Below are positions 24,225 to 32,000 of a stretch of DNA of 32,000 nt, one piece after another. The notes below the pieces were generated by a model. It was not told the origin of the DNA, made no database searches, and worked only from the letters and a program-made list of their open reading frames with translations. The DNA comes from Megasphaera elsdenii DSM 20460 (GTDB lineage: Bacteria; Bacillota; Negativicutes; Veillonellales; Megasphaeraceae). The stretch's first letter is position 1. Every line of letters begins with the position of its first letter. Position numbers and translations under genes: made by a program. The stretch covers positions 330,001 through 362,000 of the forward strand of contig NZ_CP027570.1 of the NCBI RefSeq assembly GCF_003010495.1. The letters run 5' to 3'.

Positions 24225-25181
24225 TCAGTCGGGAATGGCTTCCATTTCCCGTTTGATATTCGCAAATATATCCTTGACCGGCAGGATGTCGTGGATTTCC
24301 ATCATGCGCTTGCCGGAAAATACCAGGCCTGTTTCGACGTCGCCCTGCTGGGCCCGCGTCAGTGCCCGGATAATGCAGTACTTATGGCTGCACTTCTTGA
24401 GACACTGGTCACACGTTTCCGGTTTCGGCGCCGTGCCCAGGAGGATCCGTTCGGAGAAAGGCGTGCGGATGGCCTGGCCGGGAAGGCCGACAGGACTGTG
24501 TACGAGGACAAAATCTTCCGGTTTATTGGCCCGGAGATAGACTTTCTTCAATTCATCAGCACCGTTCGATTCGACACTGGCGGCAAAACGGCTGCCCATC
24601 TGGACGCCATTGGCACCGAGGCGCAGCATTTCTGCTACATCTTCACCATGCAAGACCCCGCCGGCACCGATGACAGGGATGTCGACGGCAGCGCGGACTT
24701 CCGGCACGATGAGACGGCTCGAACGGTTAGTTCCCAAATGCCCGCCTGCTTCTGCACCTTCGACGACGACGGCCGAAGCACCCAGGGATTGGGATATTTT
24801 AGCTAGTTTGGCAGAAGACACAATAGGGACAATAGGCGTGCCCGATGCTTTGCCCCAGGCGAACATGTCCCGGGAAAAGCCTGCGCCTGCCACAACCAGA
24901 TCGATTCCTTCTTCAATAGCAGTGGTCACGATACCCTTGAATTCACGGGCTGCAACCATTACGTTTATACCTATGATTCCATGAGGAGATAATTTTCTGG
25001 CTAATTTAATTTCATGTCGCAATTCGTCAAAAGGCATGCCAGATGCCGCAATAAGGCCGATACCGCCTTCATTGGCTACGGCTGCAGCCAACCGGGCTGT
25101 GGACAAACGGATGGCCATGCCGCCCTGAATGATTGGCACCTTTGCTACGAGCTTGCCTATTCTTAATTCTGGCAGCTTCAC
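24225..25181 (-). CDS. fabK: Enoyl-ACP reductase II (FMN-dependent, NPD/nitronate monooxygenase fold)
   Basis: PIIQGGMA...LAAAVANEGGIGLIA N-terminal motif and the TIM-barrel FMN motifs (GAGGV, VQMGSRF). It sits between acpP and fabF. A GTG start at 25181 (GGAGG 8 nt upstream) is preferred over ATG 25196, which has no RBS. Confidence 0.85.
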   Translation of the reverse strand: MKLPELRIGKLVAKVPIIQGGMAIRLSTARLAAAVANEGGIGLIAASGMPFDELRHEIKLARKLSPHGIIGINVMVAAREFKGIVTTAIEEGIDLVVAGAGFSRDMFAWGKASGTPIVPIVSSAKLAKISQSLGASAVVVEGAEAGGHLGTNRSSRLIVPEVRAAVDIPVIGAGGVLHGEDVAEMLRLGANGVQMGSRFAASVESNGADELKKVYLRANKPEDFVLVHSPVGLPGQAIRTPFSERILLGTAPKPETCDQCLKKCSHKYCIIRALTRAQQGDVETGLVFSGKRMMEIHDILPVKDIFANIKREMEAIPD

Positions 25182-25257
25182 TCTGTTTTCCTCCATTCAA
25201 GATACCGGGAGGGGAAGACATGCAACATGCCTCCCCCTTCGGGCTCTTATTGCGTAC

Positions 25258-25503
25258 TTACGCTTTCTTTTCCTTTTCAATGTAATCAACTGTATCTTTG
25301 ACAGTTTTGATTTTTTCGGCAACATCATCAGGGATTTCGATATTGAATTCTTCTTCGAAAGCCATGATAAGTTCAACAATGTCCAAGGAATCAGCGCCTA
25401 AATCATCGATGTAAGCAGCGTCCATTTTGACTTCTTTTTCGTCAACGCCTAACTGTTCAACAACAATGCTCTTAACTTTTTCAAAAGTATCCTGTTCGCT
25501 CAT
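25258..25503 (-). CDS. acpP: Acyl carrier protein
   Basis: [20 protein letters not shown] carries the phosphopantetheine Ser in DSL. About 81 aa. ATG 25503 is preferred (9 nt from AGGGGG). ATG 25509 is the alternative. Confidence 0.95.
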   Translation of the reverse strand: MSEQDTFEKVKSIVVEQLGVDEKEVKMDAAYIDDLGADSLDIVELIMAFEEEFNIEIPDDVAEKIKTVKDTVDYIEKEKKA

Positions 25504-25541
25504 TTCCATTCACCCCCTTTCAATGGAGTATATTTTCTCTA

Positions 25542-26285
25542 TTACATTACCATGCCGCCATCGACATTGAGGGTCTGGCCGGTAATATAGCTGGCGTCAT
25601 CCGATGCCAGGAACAAGACGGCTTTCGCCACTTCTTCCGGCTGGGCCACGCGGCCCATGGGAATGGTCTTGACCATAGCATCGACGGCTTCTTCACCGAG
25701 GACAGCGGTCATATCCGTTGCGATGCAGCCGGGAGCGACGGCATTGCAGCGGATGTTGCGCGATGCCAGTTCCTTGGCGACGGATTTGGTGAAGCCGATG
25801 AGGCCGGCTTTGGCAGCGGCGTAATTGGCCTGGCCGGCATTGCCCGTTTCACCGACGACGGACGTAATGTTGATGATCGAACCACTGCGCTGTTTCATCA
25901 TCAGCCGCGATACGGCCTTGGTGCAGTGGAAGGCCCCGTTGAGGTTGGTATTGAGGACGGCCTGCCAATCTTCTTCTTTCATGATCATGAGCAGCCCGTC
26001 GCGGGTGATGCCCGCATTATTGACTAAAATATCGACGCGGCCCCATTCTTTCTTGACCGCTTTTACCATATCGGCAACCGCTTTTTCATCAGAGACATCG
26101 CACTGGATGGCCATGGCCTGGACGCCTTTTTCTTCGACGGCCTGCTTCGTTTCTTCAGCAGCCTTCGTATTGCCGGCATAGATGATGGCGACGCTGGCGC
26201 CGGCTTCAGCCAGGGCCAGGGCAACGGCGCGGCCGATGCCGCGGGAGCCGCCAGTGACGATTGCAGTTTTCCCTGTTAAGTGCAT
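25542..26285 (-). CDS. fabG: 3-oxoacyl-ACP reductase
   Basis: SDR motifs TGGSRGIG, NNAG and YAAAKAG (YxxxK). The start was moved to ATG 26285 (MHLTGKTAIVTGG), with GGAGG 9 nt upstream, just after the fabD stop. Confidence 0.93.
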   Translation of the reverse strand: MHLTGKTAIVTGGSRGIGRAVALALAEAGASVAIIYAGNTKAAEETKQAVEEKGVQAMAIQCDVSDEKAVADMVKAVKKEWGRVDILVNNAGITRDGLLMIMKEEDWQAVLNTNLNGAFHCTKAVSRLMMKQRSGSIINITSVVGETGNAGQANYAAAKAGLIGFTKSVAKELASRNIRCNAVAPGCIATDMTAVLGEEAVDAMVKTIPMGRVAQPEEVAKAVLFLASDDASYITGQTLNVDGGMVM

Positions 26286-26286
26286 T

Positions 26287-27231
26287 TTATCGAACCTCCT
26301 GGAAAAATTCAAGCGTTTTCTGCAAGGAAGGAATATCTTCTACATTCTCGCTGTGGATTTTGCGGTCGATTTTCCGGTTGAACCCGCACAAAGTCTTGCC
26401 CGGACCGACTTCGACGAAGGTTTCGGCACCAAAGGCCTGCATGGCTTTCGTGCAGTCGATCCAGAGGACCGGGCTGGCAGCCTGTTTGACCAGGTTGGCC
26501 TTGATATCGGCAGCCGATGTTTCGATCTGGCCGTTGACGTTGGCAACGACAGGGATCTTGGCATCGGAAATGGTGATGTCATCGAGGACTTCTGCCAGGC
26601 GTTTGGCTGCCGGTTCCATGAGGGTGCTGTGGAAAGGCGCACTGACGTGGAGGAGGATAGCCCGTTTGGCACCGGCTTCCTTCATAGCCGCAGCCGCTTC
26701 TTCGACGGCTTTGGTGCTGCCGGCGATGACGATCTGGCCGGGGCAGTTGAAGTTGACAGCCTGGACGGTGCCGCCCTGGGCCGAAATCTGAGCGCAGATT
26801 TCTTTGATCTTATCTTCAGCCAGGCCGAGGATAGCGGCCATGCCGCCTTCACCGAGAGGCACGGCTTCCTGCATGAACTGGCCGCGGAGGCGGACGGTGC
26901 GGACGGCGTCGGCAAAGGTCAGGGCGCCGGCAGCGACGAGGGCCGAATATTCGCCGAGGCTGTGGCCGGCAGCGATGTCCGGTGTCAGCCCTTCCTGGGC
27001 GAGAACGCGGCAGCAGGCCGTGCTGGCCGTGAGGATAGCCGGCTGTGTATTATAGGTCTTCATGAGTTCTTCATCGGGACCTTCGAAGCAGAGCTTGGTC
27101 AAGGAAAAGCCCAATGCGTCGTCAGCTTCTTCAAAAAGCTGTTTGACCACGGGATATGCATCGTATAAATCTTTGACCATGCCGACTTTCTGGGCACCCT
27201 GGCCGGGGAAAACAAATGCCTTTTTCATCAT
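26287..27231 (-). CDS. fabD: Malonyl-CoA:ACP transacylase
   Basis: FVFPGQGAQ, active-site GHSLGEYSAL, and Q/H motif VSAPFHS. 314 aa. Confidence 0.95.
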   Translation of the reverse strand: MMKKAFVFPGQGAQKVGMVKDLYDAYPVVKQLFEEADDALGFSLTKLCFEGPDEELMKTYNTQPAILTASTACCRVLAQEGLTPDIAAGHSLGEYSALVAAGALTFADAVRTVRLRGQFMQEAVPLGEGGMAAILGLAEDKIKEICAQISAQGGTVQAVNFNCPGQIVIAGSTKAVEEAAAAMKEAGAKRAILLHVSAPFHSTLMEPAAKRLAEVLDDITISDAKIPVVANVNGQIETSAADIKANLVKQAASPVLWIDCTKAMQAFGAETFVEVGPGKTLCGFNRKIDRKIHSENVEDIPSLQKTLEFFQEVR

Positions 27232-27254
27232 CAGTCACACCTCTCGTAAAAAAA

Positions 27255-28250
27255 TCAATACCATTTCATAACTAAGCTGGCCCAGGTCAGACCGGCTCCG
27301 AATCCATCCAGGCAGACGATATCGCCGCGGTGGATCATGCCTGCGTGAACGGCTTCATCCAAGGCGATAGGAATGGAAGCGCCGGATGTATTCGCATATT
27401 TCTCGATGTTGACGAAGACTTTTTCCATCGGTACATGGAGCCGTTTTGCCGCAGACTGGATGATGCGGATGTTGGCCTGATGGGGAACAAGGACGTCGAT
27501 GTCTTCCTTCGTCAGTTCCGAGCGTTTAAGGGCTAATTCAGCTGCGTGAGGCATAGCTTTGACGGCGAATTTATAGACTTCTTTGCCGTCCATCTTGGCA
27601 TAGGCCATACCGTTTTCGCGCAGGGCATCGGTCGGCGGCATTTCGACACCGCTGGCCGGGATGGTCAGGAAATCACCGCCTGTCCCATCGGCACCCATAG
27701 CACCGCCGAGGATGCCATAGCCGCTGGGGACCGGGCCGATGACAGCAGCGCCGGCGCCATCTCCGAAGAGGACGCACGACGAGCGGTCTTTCCAGTTGAC
27801 GACGCGGGTCAGGATTTCTGCACCGATGACCAAAATATATTTATACATCTTATTTTCAATGAACTGGGAAGCGATGATCGAGCCGTAAGCAAAGCCCGAG
27901 CAGGCTGCTTCCAAATCGAAGGCCGCTGCATTGACAGCGTGGAGATTGGCCTGGACTTTGCAGGCCGTCGACGGCAGGGCCCGGTCCGGGGTCAGCGTGC
28001 AGACGATGATCAAATTCAAATCTTCCGCTTTGATGCCGGCATTCTTCAAGGCTTCTTCGCCGGCTTTAGTAGCCAGGTCCGACGTATTGACGCCTTTCGG
28101 AGCGACGTGACGGGCGCCGATGCCTGTACGGCTGCGGATCCATTCATCGGATGTATCCATCATTTTTTCTAAATCTTTATTCGTCCATACCTGATCAGGT
28201 ACACAGTGACCTGTACCAAGAATCCCAGCGGGATTAGCTTTCACTATCAT
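27255..28250 (-). CDS. fabH: 3-oxoacyl-ACP synthase III
   Basis: Active site AACSGF, HQANIRI and GFGAGLTW. The start overlaps the end of plsX by 17 nt. Confidence 0.93.
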   Translation of the reverse strand: MIVKANPAGILGTGHCVPDQVWTNKDLEKMMDTSDEWIRSRTGIGARHVAPKGVNTSDLATKAGEEALKNAGIKAEDLNLIIVCTLTPDRALPSTACKVQANLHAVNAAAFDLEAACSGFAYGSIIASQFIENKMYKYILVIGAEILTRVVNWKDRSSCVLFGDGAGAAVIGPVPSGYGILGGAMGADGTGGDFLTIPASGVEMPPTDALRENGMAYAKMDGKEVYKFAVKAMPHAAELALKRSELTKEDIDVLVPHQANIRIIQSAAKRLHVPMEKVFVNIEKYANTSGASIPIALDEAVHAGMIHRGDIVCLDGFGAGLTWASLVMKWY

Positions 28251-29259
28251 ACTGTTCTACCTCTTCTTCCTCTATACTTTTACGAATATGGCCGACGACG
28301 TCCCGTTCTGCCACTTCTCCGGCAACGCGGACGGCGTTCTTGATGGCCTTGGCTTTCGAACTGCCATGACAGATGATAAAGCTGCCATCGACACCGAGCA
28401 GCGGCGCACCGCCGTACTCAGTGAAATCAAGCCGTTTCTTCAGCGATTTCAGCGCCGGGTAAACCGCTAAGGCCCCTAATTTAGCGATGAAGCCGCTGTT
28501 TTTAATCGTATCTCTGACGAGGCGGATGATGAACATGGCCATGCCTTCGCCAAATTTTAAGATGACATTGCCGACGAAGCCGTCACAGACGACGACATCG
28601 ACCGTGCCTTTCGGTATGTCTCTCCCTTCTACGTTACCATAGAAAGAGATAGTTTTCAAATTTTCCAGCATAGGATACGTCTTCTGGCAGAGTTCATTGC
28701 CTTTCGACGCTTCTTCGCCGATATTGAGCAGGCCGACCGTCGGCTTTTCTACGCCCAGGATATACTTGGCGTAGTGATAGCCCATGATAGCCCCTTCGAC
28801 GAGGTGCTTCGGCTTACTGTTGGCATTGGCCCCGGAATCGAGGAGCACCGTAATGCCCTTCTTCGATGGGATAGGCGTCGCGATACAGGGCCGTTCGATG
28901 CCTTTGATGCGCCCCAGCCCGAAGAGAGCCGCCGTGACAGCGGCGCCCGTGCTGCCAGCGGCGACGACAGCATCGCAGAGGCCGTCTTTGACCAGCCGCG
29001 TCGCCACGACGATGGAAGCGTCTTTCTTGCGGCGGATGGCCTGGGCTGGATGTTCGCCCATTTCAATGACTTCGCTGGCGTGGACGATGGACAGGCGGTC
29101 GCTTTCTTTGGCGCCATATTTCGTCAGGACGCCGCGTATTTTCTTTTCGTCACCTACCAGGACGACATCAAAATCATATGCCTTGACGGCTTCTACGGCA
29201 CCGAGGACAATCTCTTCCGGTGCGTAATCACCGCCCATAGCATCTACAGCTATTTTCAT
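28234..29259 (-). CDS. plsX: Phosphate:acyl-ACP acyltransferase
   Basis: MKIAVDAMGGDYAPEEIV N-terminus, and PlsX family sequence throughout (GSTGA, VVCDGFVGNV). Confidence 0.95.
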   Translation of the reverse strand: MKIAVDAMGGDYAPEEIVLGAVEAVKAYDFDVVLVGDEKKIRGVLTKYGAKESDRLSIVHASEVIEMGEHPAQAIRRKKDASIVVATRLVKDGLCDAVVAAGSTGAAVTAALFGLGRIKGIERPCIATPIPSKKGITVLLDSGANANSKPKHLVEGAIMGYHYAKYILGVEKPTVGLLNIGEEASKGNELCQKTYPMLENLKTISFYGNVEGRDIPKGTVDVVVCDGFVGNVILKFGEGMAMFIIRLVRDTIKNSGFIAKLGALAVYPALKSLKKRLDFTEYGGAPLLGVDGSFIICHGSSKAKAIKNAVRVAGEVAERDVVGHIRKSIEEEEVEQYDSES

Positions 29260-29274
29260 TCTACTACCGCTCCA

Positions 29275-29817
29275 TTATTCCAAAGATTCTATAATAAATT
29301 TCGCCCGGAATACTTCTTTACGCATTTTCCGGATGGTGACCCATACGTAGTACTTCTGATCGCGCTGGCGCATGACTTCGGCCTTGGCAATCAGTTTATC
29401 GCCTACGGTGACGGGCTGTTTATATTTTATATTCGCTACTGCCGTAATGCAGACAGGAAGGTTCAATACCGTCCGCGCCAGGGAACTGGCCTGGGCATAC
29501 AGGCATTGGGAGCGCACGATGTGAGCTTCGTCGACCATATCGTCCGTAGCCGTCATGATCGAAATGGCGTTCTTGCCGATGATGCAGTCGACGAGCTCAC
29601 CGACGACGGTCGCATTGCGCAGTTTCGGCTGCGCCGCTTCCGCTTTCTGGCGGATGCGGATGCGCATTTCAGGTATCCCCAAAGCCATGCGGTCCAGGCG
29701 GATTGTCGCTACGCTGACAGAAAATTCTTCAGCTAATTCTTCGTCATTTATGAAAGGATTTTCTTCAATCCGCTTCTGTAATAAAGCATGTCGCTTCTCT
29801 CTCGCTATACGAACCAT
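29275..29817 (-). CDS. fapR: Fatty acid/phospholipid synthesis transcriptional repressor FapR
   Basis: N-terminal DeoR-type HTH (NPFINDEELAEEFSVSVATIRLDRMALGIPE) plus a C-terminal hot-dog thioesterase-like domain. It is the first gene of the plsX-fab cluster. The start was moved to ATG 29817 (MVRIAREKR). Confidence 0.9.
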   Translation of the reverse strand: MVRIAREKRHALLQKRIEENPFINDEELAEEFSVSVATIRLDRMALGIPEMRIRIRQKAEAAQPKLRNATVVGELVDCIIGKNAISIMTATDDMVDEAHIVRSQCLYAQASSLARTVLNLPVCITAVANIKYKQPVTVGDKLIAKAEVMRQRDQKYYVWVTIRKMRKEVFRAKFIIESLE

Positions 29818-29834
29818 TTCATTCACCCTTGAAA

Positions 29835-29851
29835 TTATTACCAAGTACTAA
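29835..29851 (-). promoter_or_regulatory. Candidate FapR operator
   Basis: The minus strand reads TTAGTACTTGGTAATAA, a 17-bp imperfect inverted repeat (TTAGTAC / GTAATAA). It lies between the -10 box and the fapR start. It resembles the TTAGTAC-type half-sites described for Bacillus and Staphylococcus FapR boxes, recalled from memory and not searched. Confidence 0.5.
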
Positions 29852-29869
29852 CAGCACATACAACTAGAG

Positions 29870-29898
29870 ATTATATAATGTTTTGACAAATTTGGCAA
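29870..29898 (-). promoter_or_regulatory. Promoter of the fapR-plsX-fab operon
   Basis: On the minus strand: TTGCCA (29893-29898), 17 nt spacer, TATAAT (29870-29875). Confidence 0.6.
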
Positions 29899-29900
29899 GG

Positions 29901-29958
29901 AAAATAAAAAAGTATGCTTTCTTTTCATTCAACTCATTGAATTGCCGAAAGCATACTT
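29901..29958 (-). terminator. Terminator of the ydbC-like gene
   Basis: A 12-bp stem, AAGTATGCTTTC (29910-29921) with GAAAGCATACTT (29947-29958). It is followed on the minus strand by UUUUUUAUUUU. Confidence 0.75.
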
Positions 29959-29967
29959 CATCACTCC

Positions 29968-30198
29968 TTAGTATTTATCGAAATCCATTTCGTTCAATAC
30001 ATCACGCAGTTTTTCCAGTTCTTCCTTGGTCATGGTAATACCTTTGGTCATGGCCTGGTAATCCGGGTCCCACGAGCGAAGGTCGAATTTCGGAGCCCGA
30101 TTGTTCCAGCTGATGTACGTCAGTTCTTTGCGCCAGCCGTCTTTATTTTCCGACAGCGTCCCGCAAATATCTTCGATATTGAAATTTAACTGTGCCAT
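29968..30198 (-). CDS. YdbC-like PC4-fold ssDNA-binding protein
   Basis: 76 aa. LSENKDGWRKELTYISWNNRAPKFDLRSWDPDYQAMTKGITMTKEE closely follows the pattern of Lactococcus YdbC (LSEN.KGWRKELN.VSWN...PKYDIR.W.PDH.KMGKGITL). GGGAGG RBS 7 nt upstream. Confidence 0.75.
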   Translation of the reverse strand: MAQLNFNIEDICGTLSENKDGWRKELTYISWNNRAPKFDLRSWDPDYQAMTKGITMTKEELEKLRDVLNEMDFDKY

Positions 30199-30341
30199 TG
30201 TATACCTCCCAATAGGTGTTCTCCCACCTGTGTTGTCATTTTCAGGTTAACGCTATAACCCAATTATTTTATATAATAGCAAATATGCGCTGTATGTCAA
30301 TACAGCAGATTCGCCAATTATGTCAAGCCTTTTTTGACTTT

Positions 30342-31178
30342 TTACCCATGCATTTTATGTCTTTTAAACAGGCCGCCGTGCGCTTCGCTGATATCAAAGA
30401 CCGAGACGAAGGCATTGGAGTCGACACTGGTAATGGCATCGCGGATCTTAGTGACTTCCAGGCGCGACACGACGCAGTAGAGAATCATCGTCTTTTCCCG
30501 CTTGTATGCGCCTTCGCCGTTGATGAGGGTCACGGCGCGGCCCATGTCTTTGGTCAGGCAGTCCGTGACTTGGTCGTGCTTGCCTGTGACGATGAGCATG
30601 CCCTTCATTTCGTCGAGGCCGTTGGTGACGACGTCGATCATCTTATAGGCGATGAAGTATGCCACCAGGGAATACATGGCGCTGTCCCAGGAGAAGACGA
30701 AGCCCGAACTGCCCAGGATGAAGAGGTTGAAGAACATGATCGTCTCGCCGACGGAAAAGGGCGTGCGCCTGTCGGCGATGATGGCCAGGACTTCCGTCCC
30801 GTCCAGGGAGCCGCCCCAGCGGATGATGAGGCCCACGCCGAGACCAATGATGATGCCGCCGTAAATGGTCGACAAGAAGGGGTCCGACGTGACCGGTTCG
30901 TAATGGATGAAATTGCTCCACCCGGACAGGCAGAGGATGGAAAAGAGCGAAGATACCGTAAAAAAGGCCCCTATCTTCTTATAGCCGAAGATGAAGAACG
31001 GGATGTTCAGGATGATGATGAACACGCTGAAACTGATACCCGTCAGCTGCGCGGCCATGAGGGCGATGCCGACGACGCCGCCGTCGATGACGTGGTTCGG
31101 GACCAGGAAGACGTCCAGGCCGATGGTGTAGATGAGAGCGCCAAAGGCCAGGCCCAGGGCACGCAAGATATATTTCAT
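30342..31178 (-). CDS. YitT-family membrane protein (DUF161 repeats plus a C-terminal DUF2179 domain)
   Basis: 278 aa. It has 5-6 TM helices with a YitT-like N-terminus (LGLAFGALIYTIGLDVFLVPNHVIDGGVVGIA) and a soluble C-terminal domain (MLIVTGKHDQVTDCL...AVTLINGEGAY...VVSRLEV.KI). ATGA start overlap with the upstream gene. Confidence 0.8.
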   Translation of the reverse strand: MKYILRALGLAFGALIYTIGLDVFLVPNHVIDGGVVGIALMAAQLTGISFSVFIIILNIPFFIFGYKKIGAFFTVSSLFSILCLSGWSNFIHYEPVTSDPFLSTIYGGIIIGLGVGLIIRWGGSLDGTEVLAIIADRRTPFSVGETIMFFNLFILGSSGFVFSWDSAMYSLVAYFIAYKMIDVVTNGLDEMKGMLIVTGKHDQVTDCLTKDMGRAVTLINGEGAYKREKTMILYCVVSRLEVTKIRDAITSVDSNAFVSVFDISEAHGGLFKRHKMHG

Positions 31179-31594
31179 GGATTTCCTCCTCGTTGTTTGG
31201 CTAAATAACGGCGGCCGATAATCCAGGCGACGAAATCATCGACCGGTTCCGGCGGATACTGGAAGGACAGGGGCACGAAGCGGCGCCAGCCCCTGCGCGG
31301 CGTGTATTTGAAGTAGAGCTTGCGCCCTTCGACAGTGGTGAATTTCTCGTCGGTCAGGGAAAAGGTGATATCCTGATGATCCCGGGCAATCCACTGCTCG
31401 ACCAGGGGCTGCAGCTTCTTGTGATTCGTCCCGTCGCCCATGACGATGTGGGAAAAGGGATGGGTTTCATAAACCCGGCTCAAATAATCGCCCAGCTCCG
31501 GCGTTGGCACGATGGCCTTGGTAACCAGGCTGCCATCTTCTGCGACGACAGCGGTCCCGGTCTTTTCCGAACCAGGATCAATAGCAAAGATCAA
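31175..31594 (-). CDS. RNase-H-fold (RuvC/YqgF-like) putative nuclease; function uncertain
   Basis: 139 aa. The N-terminal IFAIDPGSEKTGTAVV resembles the first catalytic-Asp strand of RuvC/YqgF-type resolvases. It is translationally coupled to the yitT-family gene. Confidence 0.5.
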   Translation of the reverse strand: MIFAIDPGSEKTGTAVVAEDGSLVTKAIVPTPELGDYLSRVYETHPFSHIVMGDGTNHKKLQPLVEQWIARDHQDITFSLTDEKFTTVEGRKLYFKYTPRRGWRRFVPLSFQYPPEPVDDFVAWIIGRRYLAKQRGGNP

Positions 31595-31606
31595 AATATC
31601 TCCCCC

Positions 31607-32000
31607 TTATTCATCGGCTTCTACGCGGATATCGATCTGCAACGGGCCGGCCGTGTAGGTATCGGTTTCAGTCACGGCTTTGAGGACGATATCGGAGCCG
31701 CCGTGATTCTTTATCTTGCTGATGGTTTCAAACATTTCCGTGGCCGTCAGGGCCCCGACATTCCCCGTCAGAGGGTTCGGCAGGAGGCCTTTCGCCTGGG
31801 CCTGCTGATTGACGTTATGGAGGAAGCGCATGACCTGTAATTCGGCATTGTTCGACAATTCCTGAGCCGTCAGCCGTTCTTCATAGACGACGTCGCCGCG
31901 GTGATAGATGAGGTTGTTGTCATACATTTCCACGTGGACCAGGGCCGGTTCGCCGAGCATGATGTTGCCGGCGGCGATGATACGGACCAGTTTCTGCGAC
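31607..32000 (-). CDS. Hypothetical protein, C-terminal part; the 5' end lies outside the window
   Basis: The frame is open from 32000 (…SQKLVRIIAAGNIMLGEPALVHVEMYDNN…) to the stop at 31607. Codon usage matches neighbouring genes. No family recognised. Confidence 0.5.
   Translation of the reverse strand, partial: SQKLVRIIAAGNIMLGEPALVHVEMYDNNLIYHRGDVVYEERLTAQELSNNAELQVMRFLHNVNQQAQAKGLLPNPLTGNVGALTATEMFETISKIKNHGGSDIVLKAVTETDTYTAGPLQIDIRVEADE

Noticed and set aside
17279-31208. Many long plus-strand ORFs: 17279-18046, 18057-19232, 21370-22173, 23215-24165, 26182-27168, 28774-29736, 30216-31208 and others
   Set aside because: Each lies antisense to a minus-strand gene that has unmistakable family motifs (HAD, ACAD, radical SAM, FabF, FabD, PlsX, YitT). 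Their translations are low-complexity and rich in Arg, Gly, Asp and Ala, as expected for shadow frames in GC-rich coding DNA. None has an RBS.

Overview
Almost all genes are on the minus strand, and the window has three parts. (1) Left end, 1-3768: a type I restriction-modification locus, with full hsdR followed by the 5' part of hsdM. (2) Accessory segment, about 3880-11930: an array of 5'-truncated CdiA/filamentous-haemagglutinin-type polymorphic toxin cassettes. Two large cassettes share a 1.56 kb near-identical core and carry unrelated AT-rich C-terminal domains. Each is followed by a small multi-pass membrane protein that is a candidate immunity gene, one of them DUF805-like. A third, decayed cassette remnant sits further upstream with another small membrane protein. 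No TPS secretion domain, cdiB/tpsB transporter or integrase is in the window. The segment is bracketed by direct copies of a sequence that matches the 3' half plus terminator of the tRNA-Ala gene at 15680. (3) Housekeeping genes, 11945-32000: phnDCE-type ABC transporter behind a long structured leader, tRNA-Ala(GGC), flavodoxin-like protein, PAP2 phosphatase, HAD-IIA phosphatase, acyl-CoA dehydrogenase, tRNA-Pro(GGG), a biotin-domain-less carboxyltransferase, an ELP3-like radical SAM protein, rnc, the fatty-acid synthesis cluster fapR-plsX-fabH-fabD-fabG-acpP-fabK-fabF, a YdbC/PC4-like protein, a YitT-family membrane protein, an RNase-H-fold nuclease-like protein and a partial unknown ORF. A two-partner-secretion-type toxin alongside a Firmicutes-type fapR/fabK lipid cluster suggests a diderm Firmicute (Negativicutes, Megasphaera/Veillonellaceae-like). 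That taxon call is inference only. The most interesting content is the silent toxin/immunity cassette array and its tRNA-derived boundaries.
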